Assembly: GCA_037134535.1 (NCBI GenBank) | Contig: JBAXMA010000002.1 | Span: 1 to 49,030 of the forward strand | Direction: 5' to 3' | Length of the DNA stretch: 49,030 nt | From: a bacterium | Lineage (GTDB): Bacteria; Verrucomicrobiota; Kiritimatiellia; SPBP01 | Shown: piece by piece, positions 36,928-45,950 of the stretch | How positions within the stretch are numbered: the stretch's first letter is position 1 | Layout: the number at the start of each line of letters is the position of its first letter | Program-made: the position numbers and the translations under genes | The notes under the pieces: model-generated | Told to the model about the DNA's origin: nothing | Database searches by the model: none | Seen by the model: only the letters and a program-made list of their open reading frames with translations

Positions 36928-38048
36928 ACAGGTTTCTGGCCATCTTGAAGAAGGAATTCCGTCAGATCGGGCGAGATCCGTTGTCGCTTGGCATGTTGAT
37001 CGTGGTCCCCGCGTGCCTGCTGGTTCTTTACGGCTATGCGCTGTCTTTTGACGTGAAGCACATACCGCTGGCTGTGCTCGATGGTGATCGCACGCAGGGA
37101 AGCCGTGTTTTCCTTGATAGCCTTTTTCAAAATCCCTATTTCAATCGTAAGTACGAAATCTCGCGCCCGTCTCAAGCTGATGGTCTCCTTTGCCGGGGGG
37201 AAGTGCGTGCTGTGCTGATGGTGCCGAGGGGTTACTCTTCACGTCTTGCACGTGGTGAAGAGGTGGGGGTGCAGCTTCTGGTGGACGGGGCCGAGGCGAA
37301 TGCGGCAGCAGCAGCAGCTGGCTATCTTGACGCGTTGGTCGATCGCACCACCCGCCAGCTCCGGGTGGACTTTCTACAGCGAGCTGGTGTCGCGGGATCG
37401 CTTCCCGTTGTGGTTCCGGAGCCACGGATCTGGTTCAATCCGGAATTGAACAGTGCCAAGTTTCTCGTGCCGGGACTGATTGCAATGTTACTCATGCTGT
37501 CCGCAGCGATTACGACATGCCTGTCAATTGTCAGGGAAAAGGAGCATGAGACCATAGAGCAGATAATGGTCTCGCCTGTAAAGCCGGCTGAGCTGGTGTT
37601 GGGCAAGACCTTGCCGTACGTGGTAATCGGCTTCGTGACAATGGTCCTTATTCTTATAATGGGGCGGATACTGTTCGACATCCGGGTGCAGGGATCATTC
37701 CTGCTTCTGGGCTGTATGACGCTGGTCTTCCTTTTTGCCGCACTCGGCTGGGGAATACTCATTTCCTCGGTTACGAGGTCCCAGCAGACGGCATTCACGG
37801 TGGCTGTTACCACGTCGCTCCTGCCGTCCATTCTCCTGTCAGGATTGATATTTCCAATTCATAACATGCCTGTTCCAATACAGGTGGTCACATATATAGT
37901 GGTGCCCAGGTTCTTTGTATCTTCGCTTCGAGAAATAATTCTAAAGGGCGCATCATTCGAGGTGGTCTGGCGCGATTTCGCGTGCATGCTGCTCCTCGGA
38001 TTAATCTTTACCATTATTGCCGTACGGACCACAAGGAAGGCAGTGTAG
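36924..38048 (+). CDS. ABC-2 type transporter permease (YbhS/YbhR-like)
   Basis: N-terminal ILKKEFRQIGRDPLSL motif, large periplasmic loop, then 5 C-terminal TM segments. GTG start overlaps the upstream stop. Confidence 0.85.
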   Translation: MNRFLAILKKEFRQIGRDPLSLGMLIVVPACLLVLYGYALSFDVKHIPLAVLDGDRTQGSRVFLDSLFQNPYFNRKYEISRPSQADGLLCRGEVRAVLMVPRGYSSRLARGEEVGVQLLVDGAEANAAAAAAGYLDALVDRTTRQLRVDFLQRAGVAGSLPVVVPEPRIWFNPELNSAKFLVPGLIAMLLMLSAAITTCLSIVREKEHETIEQIMVSPVKPAELVLGKTLPYVVIGFVTMVLILIMGRILFDIRVQGSFLLLGCMTLVFLFAALGWGILISSVTRSQQTAFTVAVTTSLLPSILLSGLIFPIHNMPVPIQVVTYIVVPRFFVSSLREIILKGASFEVVWRDFACMLLLGLIFTIIAVRTTRKAV

Positions 38049-38054
38049 AACCCG

Positions 38055-39266
38055 TTGAGAGCCTCAATCCACAGGATAAAATGTCTATTGCGCAAGGAAC
38101 TGACACAGACGCTCAGAGACAAGCGGCTGTTCGGGATCCTTCTCGTTGCGCCTTTCATCCAGCTTATCGTGCTCGGCTACGCTGCAACGACTGAAGTGAA
38201 GGATATTGCACTGGCAATAAGGGATAATGACCGCTCTTTTCATAGTCGTGAATTTGTCAGAGCGCTGGGCTCCTCCGGTTACTTCAAAACGTCATTTCTT
38301 GACGGGCCCGGGACAGATGATGCAGGAGCGCTGGTTTCCGGCAGGGCGGGTCTTGTTGTCGTAATTCCGCCGGGGTTCAGTGCTCATATTTTCCGCAATG
38401 AACAATCCCCGATACAAGTCCTTGTGGACGGATCTGACAGTAATTTTGCAGTGCACGGCCTCAACTATATAAGCAAAGCGGTTCGACAGTATTCGTCGGA
38501 ACTGGTGCGCAAACAGATGGATGCGCTCATAAGCATCAGGTATGTAAACCAGAATTCCGTGCAGATGGGATCTGCCGGCCGCCCGGCCGCGAGCGAGCTT
38601 CCTGCGAGTTTCAGGCTGCCCTCAGTTACTGCGGAAACTCGAGTTTGGTACAATCCTGAGTTGACGTCCAGGTTCTATATGGTCCCGGGTGTCATGGGCG
38701 TTCTTCTGCTTGTTACGACCATGATCGTCAGCGCGATGGCTCTCGTCAAAGAACGCGAGCAGGGTACAATGGAGCAGATCATAGTGACGCCTTTGCGGGG
38801 AGGTGAGCTCATTGCGGGCAAACTCCTGCCTTTTGTTGTGATCGGATTCGTTGAAATCACGCTCGCCTTACCGGTGATGCTGTACATCTTTGAGGTGCCG
38901 TTCAGGGGGAGCTTTCTTCTGATTTATGCGCTCTCAGGCCTGTTTCTTCTTACGACGACGGGGCTTGGACTGCTGGTGTCCACGCTTGCGCGTACACAAC
39001 AACAGGCAATGCTCGTCTCCGCATTCTTCATTATGATGCCGTTTGTGCTTCTCTCAGGATTCATTTTTCCGGTGGAGAACATGCCGTATGCGATTCGTTG
39101 CGCAGCCCAGGTACTTCCGCTGAAGTACTATCTTACGATTGTCAGAGGCATCTTTCTTAAAGGTGCCGGGATGGCTGAGCTGTGGCCGGATGCGCTTGTC
39201 CTGCTGGTGATTGGAGTTGGAATATTCTCGGTTGCCGCGATGCGATTTCGAAGAAGATTGGAGTGA
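38055..39266 (+). CDS. ABC-2 type transporter permease (YbhS/YbhR-like), second copy
   Basis: LLRKELTQTLRDKRLFG motif and the same topology as the preceding permease. TTG start is assumed. Confidence 0.8.
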   Translation: MRASIHRIKCLLRKELTQTLRDKRLFGILLVAPFIQLIVLGYAATTEVKDIALAIRDNDRSFHSREFVRALGSSGYFKTSFLDGPGTDDAGALVSGRAGLVVVIPPGFSAHIFRNEQSPIQVLVDGSDSNFAVHGLNYISKAVRQYSSELVRKQMDALISIRYVNQNSVQMGSAGRPAASELPASFRLPSVTAETRVWYNPELTSRFYMVPGVMGVLLLVTTMIVSAMALVKEREQGTMEQIIVTPLRGGELIAGKLLPFVVIGFVEITLALPVMLYIFEVPFRGSFLLIYALSGLFLLTTTGLGLLVSTLARTQQQAMLVSAFFIMMPFVLLSGFIFPVENMPYAIRCAAQVLPLKYYLTIVRGIFLKGAGMAELWPDALVLLVIGVGIFSVAAMRFRRRLE

Positions 39267-39269
39267 TTC

Positions 39270-40073
39270 ATGAAGAAACTGCGTATTGCCATTATTCAGA
39301 CCAAGGCTGGCCCGGACGTGGACAGGAATATGAGAAATCTGACAAAACTTATGGCAAGCGTTCGCGTCGCAGACATCATTGCCCTGCCGGAGGTCTTTTC
39401 GGTGAGGGGCTCTTGTGAGGCCTACAAGAAGGCGGCGCAACCCGTGAATGGCCCGGTCATTGGAATGGTCTCCGAGCTTGCGAGGCGGATGTCGGCCTGG
39501 ATTCTTGCTGGCAGTATTATTGAGAAGGTTGGCCGACGAGCCTACAATACCAGTGTTCTGCTGGACCGGCGGGGCAAGGTCAGGGCTACTTATCGTAAGA
39601 TTCATTTATTTGAGGCACATCTGGAGAGCGGGCAGCACATTCGGGAATCCGATGCTTACAGTGCCGGCGAAAAGCCGGTCATGGCGGACATTGAAGGCTG
39701 GTCAGCGGGCCTTGGCATCTGTTACGACCTGCGGTTCCCTGAGCTTTTCCGGCACTACGCGGCACGCGGAGCCGGTCTGCTGTTTCTTCCCTCCAACTTT
39801 ACTCAGCGGACAGGGCGGGATCATTGGGAAGTATTATTGCGGGCCCGTGCGATTGAGAATCAATGTTTCATTGTGGCGCCGAACCAGTGTGGCGAGAATG
39901 ACGCGATCGGCGTAGCCAGTCACGGGCACAGTATGTGTGTAGGGCCATGGGGGGAAGTGCTTTGTGAGGGAGGAAGCAAGGAGGCAATCCTCACCGCAGA
40001 ACTCGACCCGGCGCTGTTGATGTCGACCCGGCGGCGGATTCCCGCGCTGAAGCACATGGTTTGTTTTGTGTAA
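39270..40073 (+). CDS. Carbon-nitrogen hydrolase family protein (Nit/omega-amidase-like)
   Basis: Context of the E-K-C catalytic triad: ALPEVF (Glu), YRKIHLF (Lys), GLGICYDLRFPE (Cys). Confidence 0.8.
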   Translation: MKKLRIAIIQTKAGPDVDRNMRNLTKLMASVRVADIIALPEVFSVRGSCEAYKKAAQPVNGPVIGMVSELARRMSAWILAGSIIEKVGRRAYNTSVLLDRRGKVRATYRKIHLFEAHLESGQHIRESDAYSAGEKPVMADIEGWSAGLGICYDLRFPELFRHYAARGAGLLFLPSNFTQRTGRDHWEVLLRARAIENQCFIVAPNQCGENDAIGVASHGHSMCVGPWGEVLCEGGSKEAILTAELDPALLMSTRRRIPALKHMVCFV

Positions 40074-40204
40074 TACCCCCATGTGGCTTAAAAGTGCCCT
40101 CAAGGCCGGTCATTCTTTTGTTTGACACAATCAGCTCGGAGCTTGTACGTTAGCTCGGGTTTGGGGTTGGCCGTGGCAGGGCTTGTAAATTGAGAGGATG
40201 CCAA

Positions 40205-40573
40205 ATGAAAAGATTCTTAGCGACACTTGTGGTGATATCGGCCATGGCTGGTCTTGTGGGCTGTGATGAAGAACCATGGGGACTTGATCAGCATATTATC
40301 GGGAACTGGCGGGAGGCCACTGCGGCTTTCTATCCATACTTCCGGGTGACCTTCAATGTTGACGGAGCGGTGGTATTTGATGGAGCAACGGTGTCTGGGC
40401 ACTACCCGTATGCGAAGTATTCGGGAGTTGGATCGTGGCATACAGAAGGCACTACTCTGACAGTATCGATGTTTTCCAAAAACTACAGTGATGTGTTTCA
40501 GTACAGGCAGTACGCGGACAGGCTGACGCTGACCTCCGTTGATGGCTTTGTGATTGAGTGCATAAGGGAATAG
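40205..40573 (+). CDS. Small lipoprotein, unknown function
   Basis: MKRFLATLVVISAMAGLVGC carries a lipobox (LVGC). Confidence 0.55.
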   Translation: MKRFLATLVVISAMAGLVGCDEEPWGLDQHIIGNWREATAAFYPYFRVTFNVDGAVVFDGATVSGHYPYAKYSGVGSWHTEGTTLTVSMFSKNYSDVFQYRQYADRLTLTSVDGFVIECIRE

Positions 40574-40711
40574 TGAGCCATCCTCGCGTTACTCCGTCCA
40601 TGCGCATGCAATTCTGCGCGCAATTCATGTGGAAGGTGGGGCGTGACTGGTGTTTGTAACTTTCCTGCTCCTTGTTCTGCCGATCGGGACACAGGAAGAC
40701 TTGTTTTTCAG

Positions 40712-40788
<77 letters not shown>

Positions 40789-40859
40789 TATGTGCAGTCG
40801 TGAGGCTGGTATATTTCGTGTATGGCCGGCAGATGCCGGGAGAGTGGTGGTGCTGACTG

Positions 40860-41486
40860 ATGAATTCTGGCTTGTCAGGCCGCGTGGGCATTCTGGGCGG
40901 GACATTCAACCCGTTTCACCTTGGACACATGGTGCTTGCGCAGGACGCTTTCGAGCAACTGGGTCTCACTCATGTGATCTTTGTGCCGTGCGCGACCCCG
41001 CCTCATAAGAAATGTTGCACACTTATTCCGGCCCGGCACAGGCTCGCAATGTTGGAGGCTGCAATTGAGGGCGATGAGCGTTTTGTCGTGTCAGATATTG
41101 AGCTTAAGCGCGGTGGGAACTCTTACGCAATTGATACGGTTCGCGAGATCCATAGTTTGCATCCTGAGGCCACAATCTGCTTCATAGCCGGTTCAGACAG
41201 TCTGGTGGAACTGCATCTTTGGAAAGATATTTACGATATTCTCGATCTCTGCGAATTCAGAGTCTTTGAGCGGCCGGGAAATTTTGATGTAAAGGATGCA
41301 AAAGACATGCTGCGTCTAAAGTCGCCGTGGCGTGAGAAGATTCTGGCAGACATGACAAGAGGTCACCGTGTCGAGATCTCCTCGTCGGAAATACGGCACA
41401 GGATAGCCGAGGGATTGAGTATCCGCTATCTTGTTCACCCGGCGGTGGAAATGTATATTTCGGAGCATCGACTGTACGCCGGTTAA
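40860..41486 (+). CDS. nadD: Nicotinate-nucleotide adenylyltransferase
   Basis: GILGGTFNPFHLGHM (HxGH motif) and the ISSSEIR motif. Confidence 0.9.
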   Translation: MNSGLSGRVGILGGTFNPFHLGHMVLAQDAFEQLGLTHVIFVPCATPPHKKCCTLIPARHRLAMLEAAIEGDERFVVSDIELKRGGNSYAIDTVREIHSLHPEATICFIAGSDSLVELHLWKDIYDILDLCEFRVFERPGNFDVKDAKDMLRLKSPWREKILADMTRGHRVEISSSEIRHRIAEGLSIRYLVHPAVEMYISEHRLYAG

Positions 41487-41515
41487 CAGGCAGCAATAAG
41501 CCGCCATGGGAGCAA

Positions 41516-41956
41516 ATGAAAATTAAAACAAAGAAGAAAGCAGCAGGCAGAACGCGCGAGCGAACGAGTATTGCAGTGGCCGCAGGGGCCGAGAAGGCTC
41601 GAAGCAGGAAGGTGCCACCTTCGATTGCATTCTCGCTTGCTAAAAAAATCGTCGAAATCCTTGAAGAAAAGCAGGGCCTTGATCCACTCATAGTGGATGT
41701 CCGCGAAGAGTCGACCGTGACGGATTACTTCGTCGTAGTCTCAGGGCACAATGCGCCACACCTTCGAGCGATGTCCGACGAAGTACAGATACAACTGAAG
41801 AAGCTTGGCACGATGTGTTATCGTAAGGCAGAGAAGGCGGAATCAGGTTGGCTTGTTCTGGACTACGTTGATGTGGTCACGCACATTCTGCTGGCTGAGA
41901 GTCGAAAGTACTATGCGATTGAAGATCTCTGGGCGGAGCATCCTCGTCGGGAGTGA
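41516..41956 (+). CDS. rsfS: Ribosome silencing factor RsfS with a basic N-terminal extension
   Basis: DPLIVDVREESTVTDYFVVVSGHNAPHLRAMSDEV...WLVLDYVDVVTHILLAESRKYYAIEDLW. Conserved nadD-rsfS gene order. Confidence 0.85.
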   Translation: MKIKTKKKAAGRTRERTSIAVAAGAEKARSRKVPPSIAFSLAKKIVEILEEKQGLDPLIVDVREESTVTDYFVVVSGHNAPHLRAMSDEVQIQLKKLGTMCYRKAEKAESGWLVLDYVDVVTHILLAESRKYYAIEDLWAEHPRRE

Positions 41957-42479
41957 TTTCTTCTTCCTCGACCACTTCTTCCACCAAAAGACCTTCGACC
42001 CGCAGTATTTGTCTGGCAAGGACGCGTAGATCTGGTTGTGTGCTGCCATGTGATGTTGTCTCGATCGCCACGGTGCCTTCTTCTGTTACCATGGCAACGA
42101 TAGTGCTCATTTCAGATACTCTCAGTGCAGTATCATTCTGCCTGTGAGTTCCGACCAGCAGGCAGCTGACTGCTGCAACAATGATAAAACCGGCCGCAGC
42201 TGCCAGGAATCGCGAGGTTGTGAAGTAGTTAAAGAAAAGGGTTGGCCTTCCGGCTGCATGACGCCTTGCAGCGGCCATGATTCTCTCTCTTGACTCAGGA
42301 GATGGCCCTGAATTTGGCAGGGCATGCCTCGCGAGATCGACTACACTATCCGTGCTGATCTTGTAACGACGACAGGCCGGGCATTCCATCAAGTGCTTCT
42401 GCAGTTCATGCGACTTGGCGGTGGACAATTCGCCGGCTTGATCAAGCAGAATGTCATGTTGTGCTGAGTCGCAGTTCAT
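41877..42479 (-). CDS. Anti-sigma factor (zf-HC2 type), single-pass membrane protein
   Basis: N-terminal H-x3-C-x2-C motif (HLMECPACRRY), a central TM segment (FLAAAAGFIIVAAVSCLLV), and location immediately downstream of the ECF sigma gene. Confidence 0.75.
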   Translation of the reverse strand: MNCDSAQHDILLDQAGELSTAKSHELQKHLMECPACRRYKISTDSVVDLARHALPNSGPSPESRERIMAAARRHAAGRPTLFFNYFTTSRFLAAAAGFIIVAAVSCLLVGTHRQNDTALRVSEMSTIVAMVTEEGTVAIETTSHGSTQPDLRVLARQILRVEGLLVEEVVEEEEITPDEDAPPRDLQSHSTFDSQPAECA

Positions 42480-42490
42480 TCTTTATTCTC

Positions 42491-43075
42491 CTACTGTGGC
42501 TGATTCTCTTCAACGAGCAACTGGCGCAACTTTGTCAGACTGTACTGCATTCGTGCCAGAGCAGTGTTGATTGAGACTCCCTGTATTACCGCGATTTCTT
42601 TGAATGACAGGTCCGCTTTCGCCCGCAGTAGAAAAACTTCCCTCTGTTCAACGGGCAATGCGGCCACTGTGTCCAGAATGCGCTTCACCATATCATTGGA
42701 TTCAGCTTGTTCTGCCGGGGTCAATTCCGGCCCCGAAAGCTTTTCAGACAAATCCAACCCGCCCTCATCTTCTGTCGCATCAAGGCTGACAACAACCTTT
42801 TTCCCGCGCCATCGGTCGATCACTAAGTTGTGCGCAATACGTGTTAGCCATGCCAGAAAATTCTTCTCCCTGTATGTGTCTATCTTGTCGATGGCGCGGA
42901 ACCACACTTCCTGAAATATTTCGTCAGCCTCATCGGGCCGACCGGCCATATTGATTATGAATGAGAATAGCCTGTTTTGGTAGCGATCTACCAGTATTGA
43001 CAGTGCCTCAGTGTTTCCCTTTCTGTATGACGCCAATAGAACTTCGTCACATTCCCCGACTGCCACTGATTCCAT
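42491..43075 (-). CDS. ECF-type RNA polymerase sigma factor (sigma-70 family, group 4)
   Basis: Region 2 (ADEIFQEVWFRAIDKIDTY...FLAWLTRIAHNLVIDRWR) and region 4 (REVFLLRAKADLSFKEIAVIQGVSINTALARMQYSL). RBS GAAGGAG. Confidence 0.9.
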   Translation of the reverse strand: MESVAVGECDEVLLASYRKGNTEALSILVDRYQNRLFSFIINMAGRPDEADEIFQEVWFRAIDKIDTYREKNFLAWLTRIAHNLVIDRWRGKKVVVSLDATEDEGGLDLSEKLSGPELTPAEQAESNDMVKRILDTVAALPVEQREVFLLRAKADLSFKEIAVIQGVSINTALARMQYSLTKLRQLLVEENQPQ

Positions 43076-43141
43076 GACGAAGCTCCTTCACAAGAGATAT
43101 AACGATCCAGCCTGCTTGATTATTGTATCCGCCGCATCTTT

Positions 43142-43822
43142 TTAGAAGAATAGTTCCATTATGAAGGTCCAAACGGCTCTGGAGTGGTCAAGAAGCAGGC
43201 TGGCGAACGTCGCCCATGTGGCTGTCGTAACGGACACTACCCAAGCTCCAACCATCAGAATATTGAATAAATAGATAAACGCGAGAGAAAACACATGACC
43301 GTACTCAAGAAGATCTGTCTGGTGTTCAAGCAAGGCACTGATAGTGAACGTGATATGGAATGCCCATGTAAGACCGACCAGAAAGAGCCAGACCCACTCG
43401 TATTCGCTTGTATCGATGAGAATTGATAGCAGCGCATACACGATTATCACAATGACCGTATACAAAGGGAAGAAATAGGGTGCAAGGGTGATCAGAACAT
43501 TGCTTTTCGAGAGAACGACGCTGCCGCCCTCCTTTGCGAGCGTTATGCGCCCAACCTTTGCACCCATGAGAGAGGCCCATAGGGCATGAGTTAATTCGTG
43601 AGCCAGAACGTAGGTCCGGACAGGGCGTGGCAGCGCAAAATAGATGATCAGCCAGAGTCCGGACCCGCAGGCAATCGCCCAAGCCGAGATGGGAAGTGCC
43701 AGAATGGAGTCGGGTTGCAAGGGACTGACGAGAGAGGCTACTGCCCAGGTGGCTGCAGCGCAGAATGGCAGCAGGGCTATTCCGCTCGGAAAAAGCAAAA
43801 GGTAGACCAGCAGTCTCTTCAT
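43142..43822 (-). CDS. Polytopic membrane protein with an HExxH motif (DUF3267-like putative zinc metallopeptidase)
   Basis: At least 5 hydrophobic segments and HELTHALW after the second TM. It sits directly upstream of, and co-oriented with, the ECF sigma/anti-sigma pair. Confidence 0.55.
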   Translation of the reverse strand: MKRLLVYLLLFPSGIALLPFCAAATWAVASLVSPLQPDSILALPISAWAIACGSGLWLIIYFALPRPVRTYVLAHELTHALWASLMGAKVGRITLAKEGGSVVLSKSNVLITLAPYFFPLYTVIVIIVYALLSILIDTSEYEWVWLFLVGLTWAFHITFTISALLEHQTDLLEYGHVFSLAFIYLFNILMVGAWVVSVTTATWATFASLLLDHSRAVWTFIMELFF

Positions 43823-44053
43823 GTCGTAATGTTCCCGTGGTCGGCCGCTCTTGTCCGACTATTTCACAGCTTCTCTCTCGTGCGGAAGGGGCGTGGTTCA
43901 TCTGAGCCCGTGCACCTGTATGGTCTCTGTTCCTTGCCTGCGTGAACAAGAGACATTGCGTGTGGGCCATATTCATGTTGACTTGGAGGCCCCACAAGCT
44001 ACTATTCCACCACTTTTGAAGACATCAGACAACATCTAAAGGAGTTAAGAGAG

Positions 44054-44353
44054 ATGCCTCACACCAAGAGCGCGGCGAAACGGATGCAGACCTCTGAAGT
44101 GGCCCGCCTGACCAACAGGGCGATTCGAAGCACTATCAGCAAGGCGAAGAAGGTAGTTATTGCGGCTTCTGAAAGTGGCGATGATAAGAAGAAAGCCCAG
44201 GCATTGAGTGCCTTTTTCTCGGTCGTGGACAAGGCCGCGAAGAAGGGCGTAATCAAGACAAATACTGCCTGTCGCAAGAAATCCAGAGCTGCAAAGTTCA
44301 TTCGGAAGAGTTCCGCTCACCAGGCTTCTACGACAGCAGCTACTACTCTGTGA
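44054..44353 (+). CDS. rpsT: 30S ribosomal protein S20
   Basis: MPHTKSAAKRMQTSEVARLTNRAIRSTI... is a typical S20 N-terminus. RBS AAAGGAG. Confidence 0.9.
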   Translation: MPHTKSAAKRMQTSEVARLTNRAIRSTISKAKKVVIAASESGDDKKKAQALSAFFSVVDKAAKKGVIKTNTACRKKSRAAKFIRKSSAHQASTTAATTL

Positions 44354-44829
44354 GCCAGGTCTTGTGCAGCAGTAGGGATTGCCAGTCGTTTTGCGCTTGA
44401 GAGATCGCCTGCAGGTACGAAGGTGTTCTTGCCAGTAAGCCCGGGATGAGTTGAGAGCACTTTTCCAGTCTTTCTGTCCTTTAGTGCCACATTCGCGGTG
44501 ATGAGAAGGCGGAATTCCGTGGTCTCGGTGGCTCTGTCTTTTGAGTAACGCAGGGGTTCCAGCGTGACCCTGGTCACAGATGCCTCGACTATCACATCAG
44601 CTTCTTCCGCATTCGCCATACGCAGGCTTCCGTCCTTCTGAAATTCACGAACGGTAGCGCTGGTTACGGCTGTTTCCACATCTGGCTCGCCAGACCGGTT
44701 ATCGAAAGGTCTTACATACACCGATGTGATATTTGGGGGCAAACTGGTTCCCAGCTGATAACCGAAGCAGCCGGTCAGTCCGATAACAATGGCTGAAATG
44801 CCCGAAAATACGACCACTTTTGACAACAC
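44317..44829 (-). CDS. lptE: LptE-like LPS-assembly lipoprotein
   Basis: Lipobox LTGC followed by GYQLG...ITSVYVRPFDNRSGEPDVE..., a pattern typical of LptE. GTG 44829 is preferred because GGAGAA lies upstream and the upstream gene's stop is 1 nt away. Confidence 0.55.
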   Translation of the reverse strand: MLSKVVVFSGISAIVIGLTGCFGYQLGTSLPPNITSVYVRPFDNRSGEPDVETAVTSATVREFQKDGSLRMANAEEADVIVEASVTRVTLEPLRYSKDRATETTEFRLLITANVALKDRKTGKVLSTHPGLTGKNTFVPAGDLSSAKRLAIPTAAQDLAHRVVAAVVEAW

Positions 44830-44830
44830 G

Positions 44831-45910
44831 CTATTTCTCCTTCTGGCCGGAGATGGCTGCGTGCGGTCGTGGCTTTTGTTGCGTTGCGGCACGCAGCTTG
44901 GCGTCGGGTTGAGAAGCAGGTATTTTACCGGTTCCGGTCTCGAGTTGTTCGATACGGATCCTGGCACGTTTAGCCTTCGCTGAATCAGGAAACTTTCTGA
45001 CGAAGTCTGTATACGCGATGAGAGCGGCCTTTGGTGAAGCACCCTTGTCATAGAAGAGTGCGCGATCGTAGGTAATGTCGGCCAGTTGCCGGCTCACTTC
45101 ATCAAGGTATGCGGCAGCTTCACTAGCCAGTTCATGGTCCGGATAGTTGCGCAGAATCTTTTGCAAGTGCGTCCTGAGGACCTGAAGGCTGCGTTCTTCA
45201 TTCGGTCGCTCCCTCGAAATCTGGTAAAGACAGGCACCCTGCCTGAAGGCTGCGGTCGCGGCGAATTTACTCTTAGGATAATTCTGCTGGACCATTTCGT
45301 ATGCGGCTGCGGCGAGATCGTAAGATTTGATCTGCTCATTGATCCATCCGATATTGAACTGCGCCTGAGGAGTTCCGCTCCACTCCGGTCCATTCAGGAC
45401 GATCTTTTCAAAGAGCGGCAGGGCTGTTTCGTACCCGGCGGAGCCCGGTAATATGCCCAGAAACTTCAATCGCGTTGTCATTATACAGTTTGCAATCCGG
45501 AACTCGCTTTCGAGGATGTCGGAGTACTGGAAACTTCCGGTGTAGTTATGGATGAGGTATTCGTACTCCTCGAAAGCGTCAGCATAATCACCCTTTTTTT
45601 CCAGAAGGCGAGCGTATTCCAGTTGGGCGGTCGGAGCTTCCGGAGAGGAGGACCATTTGTGCACCAGCGCACTGTATTGTCGCGCAGCTTCCTGGTTCTT
45701 GCCGGTATCCCTGAGCGATGCAGCATAAGCCAGTTGGTCTGCAGATGTCTTCTTTTTCGGCTGTGCAAACATGCTTGGAAGCTTCTTTTCGGGGGCAGCT
45801 GGTTTTGAGCTGTCGGCAGCAAGAACATAGGAAGTGGAGGTGGTAGCCATCAAAGCGAGTAAACAGTAGATAAGTCGCATAATTTCCAACAGTAGCGCAG
45901 TGTTTTGCAT
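44831..45910 (-). CDS. TPR-repeat protein (BamD/YfiO- or YbgF-like outer-membrane-associated)
   Basis: Signal-like N-terminus. Multiple TPR-like Ax(3)Y/F...A repeats (e.g. EAARQYSALVHKW, AQLEYARLLEKKGDYADAFEEYEYLI). Co-transcribed with lptE. Confidence 0.5.
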   Translation of the reverse strand: MQNTALLLEIMRLIYCLLALMATTSTSYVLAADSSKPAAPEKKLPSMFAQPKKKTSADQLAYAASLRDTGKNQEAARQYSALVHKWSSSPEAPTAQLEYARLLEKKGDYADAFEEYEYLIHNYTGSFQYSDILESEFRIANCIMTTRLKFLGILPGSAGYETALPLFEKIVLNGPEWSGTPQAQFNIGWINEQIKSYDLAAAAYEMVQQNYPKSKFAATAAFRQGACLYQISRERPNEERSLQVLRTHLQKILRNYPDHELASEAAAYLDEVSRQLADITYDRALFYDKGASPKAALIAYTDFVRKFPDSAKAKRARIRIEQLETGTGKIPASQPDAKLRAATQQKPRPHAAISGQKEK

Positions 45911-45950
45911 TCCGTCAAGCTGGTTTCACTGCAGTATTTCCGGAATATGA

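Noticed and set aside
43076-43141. ECF-type autoregulatory promoter (GGATAC ... CGTT) upstream of the sigma factor gene
   Set aside because: The spacer between the AAC-like and CGT elements is about 20 nt, longer than the 16-17 nt typical of ECF promoters, so the call is not supportable by eye.
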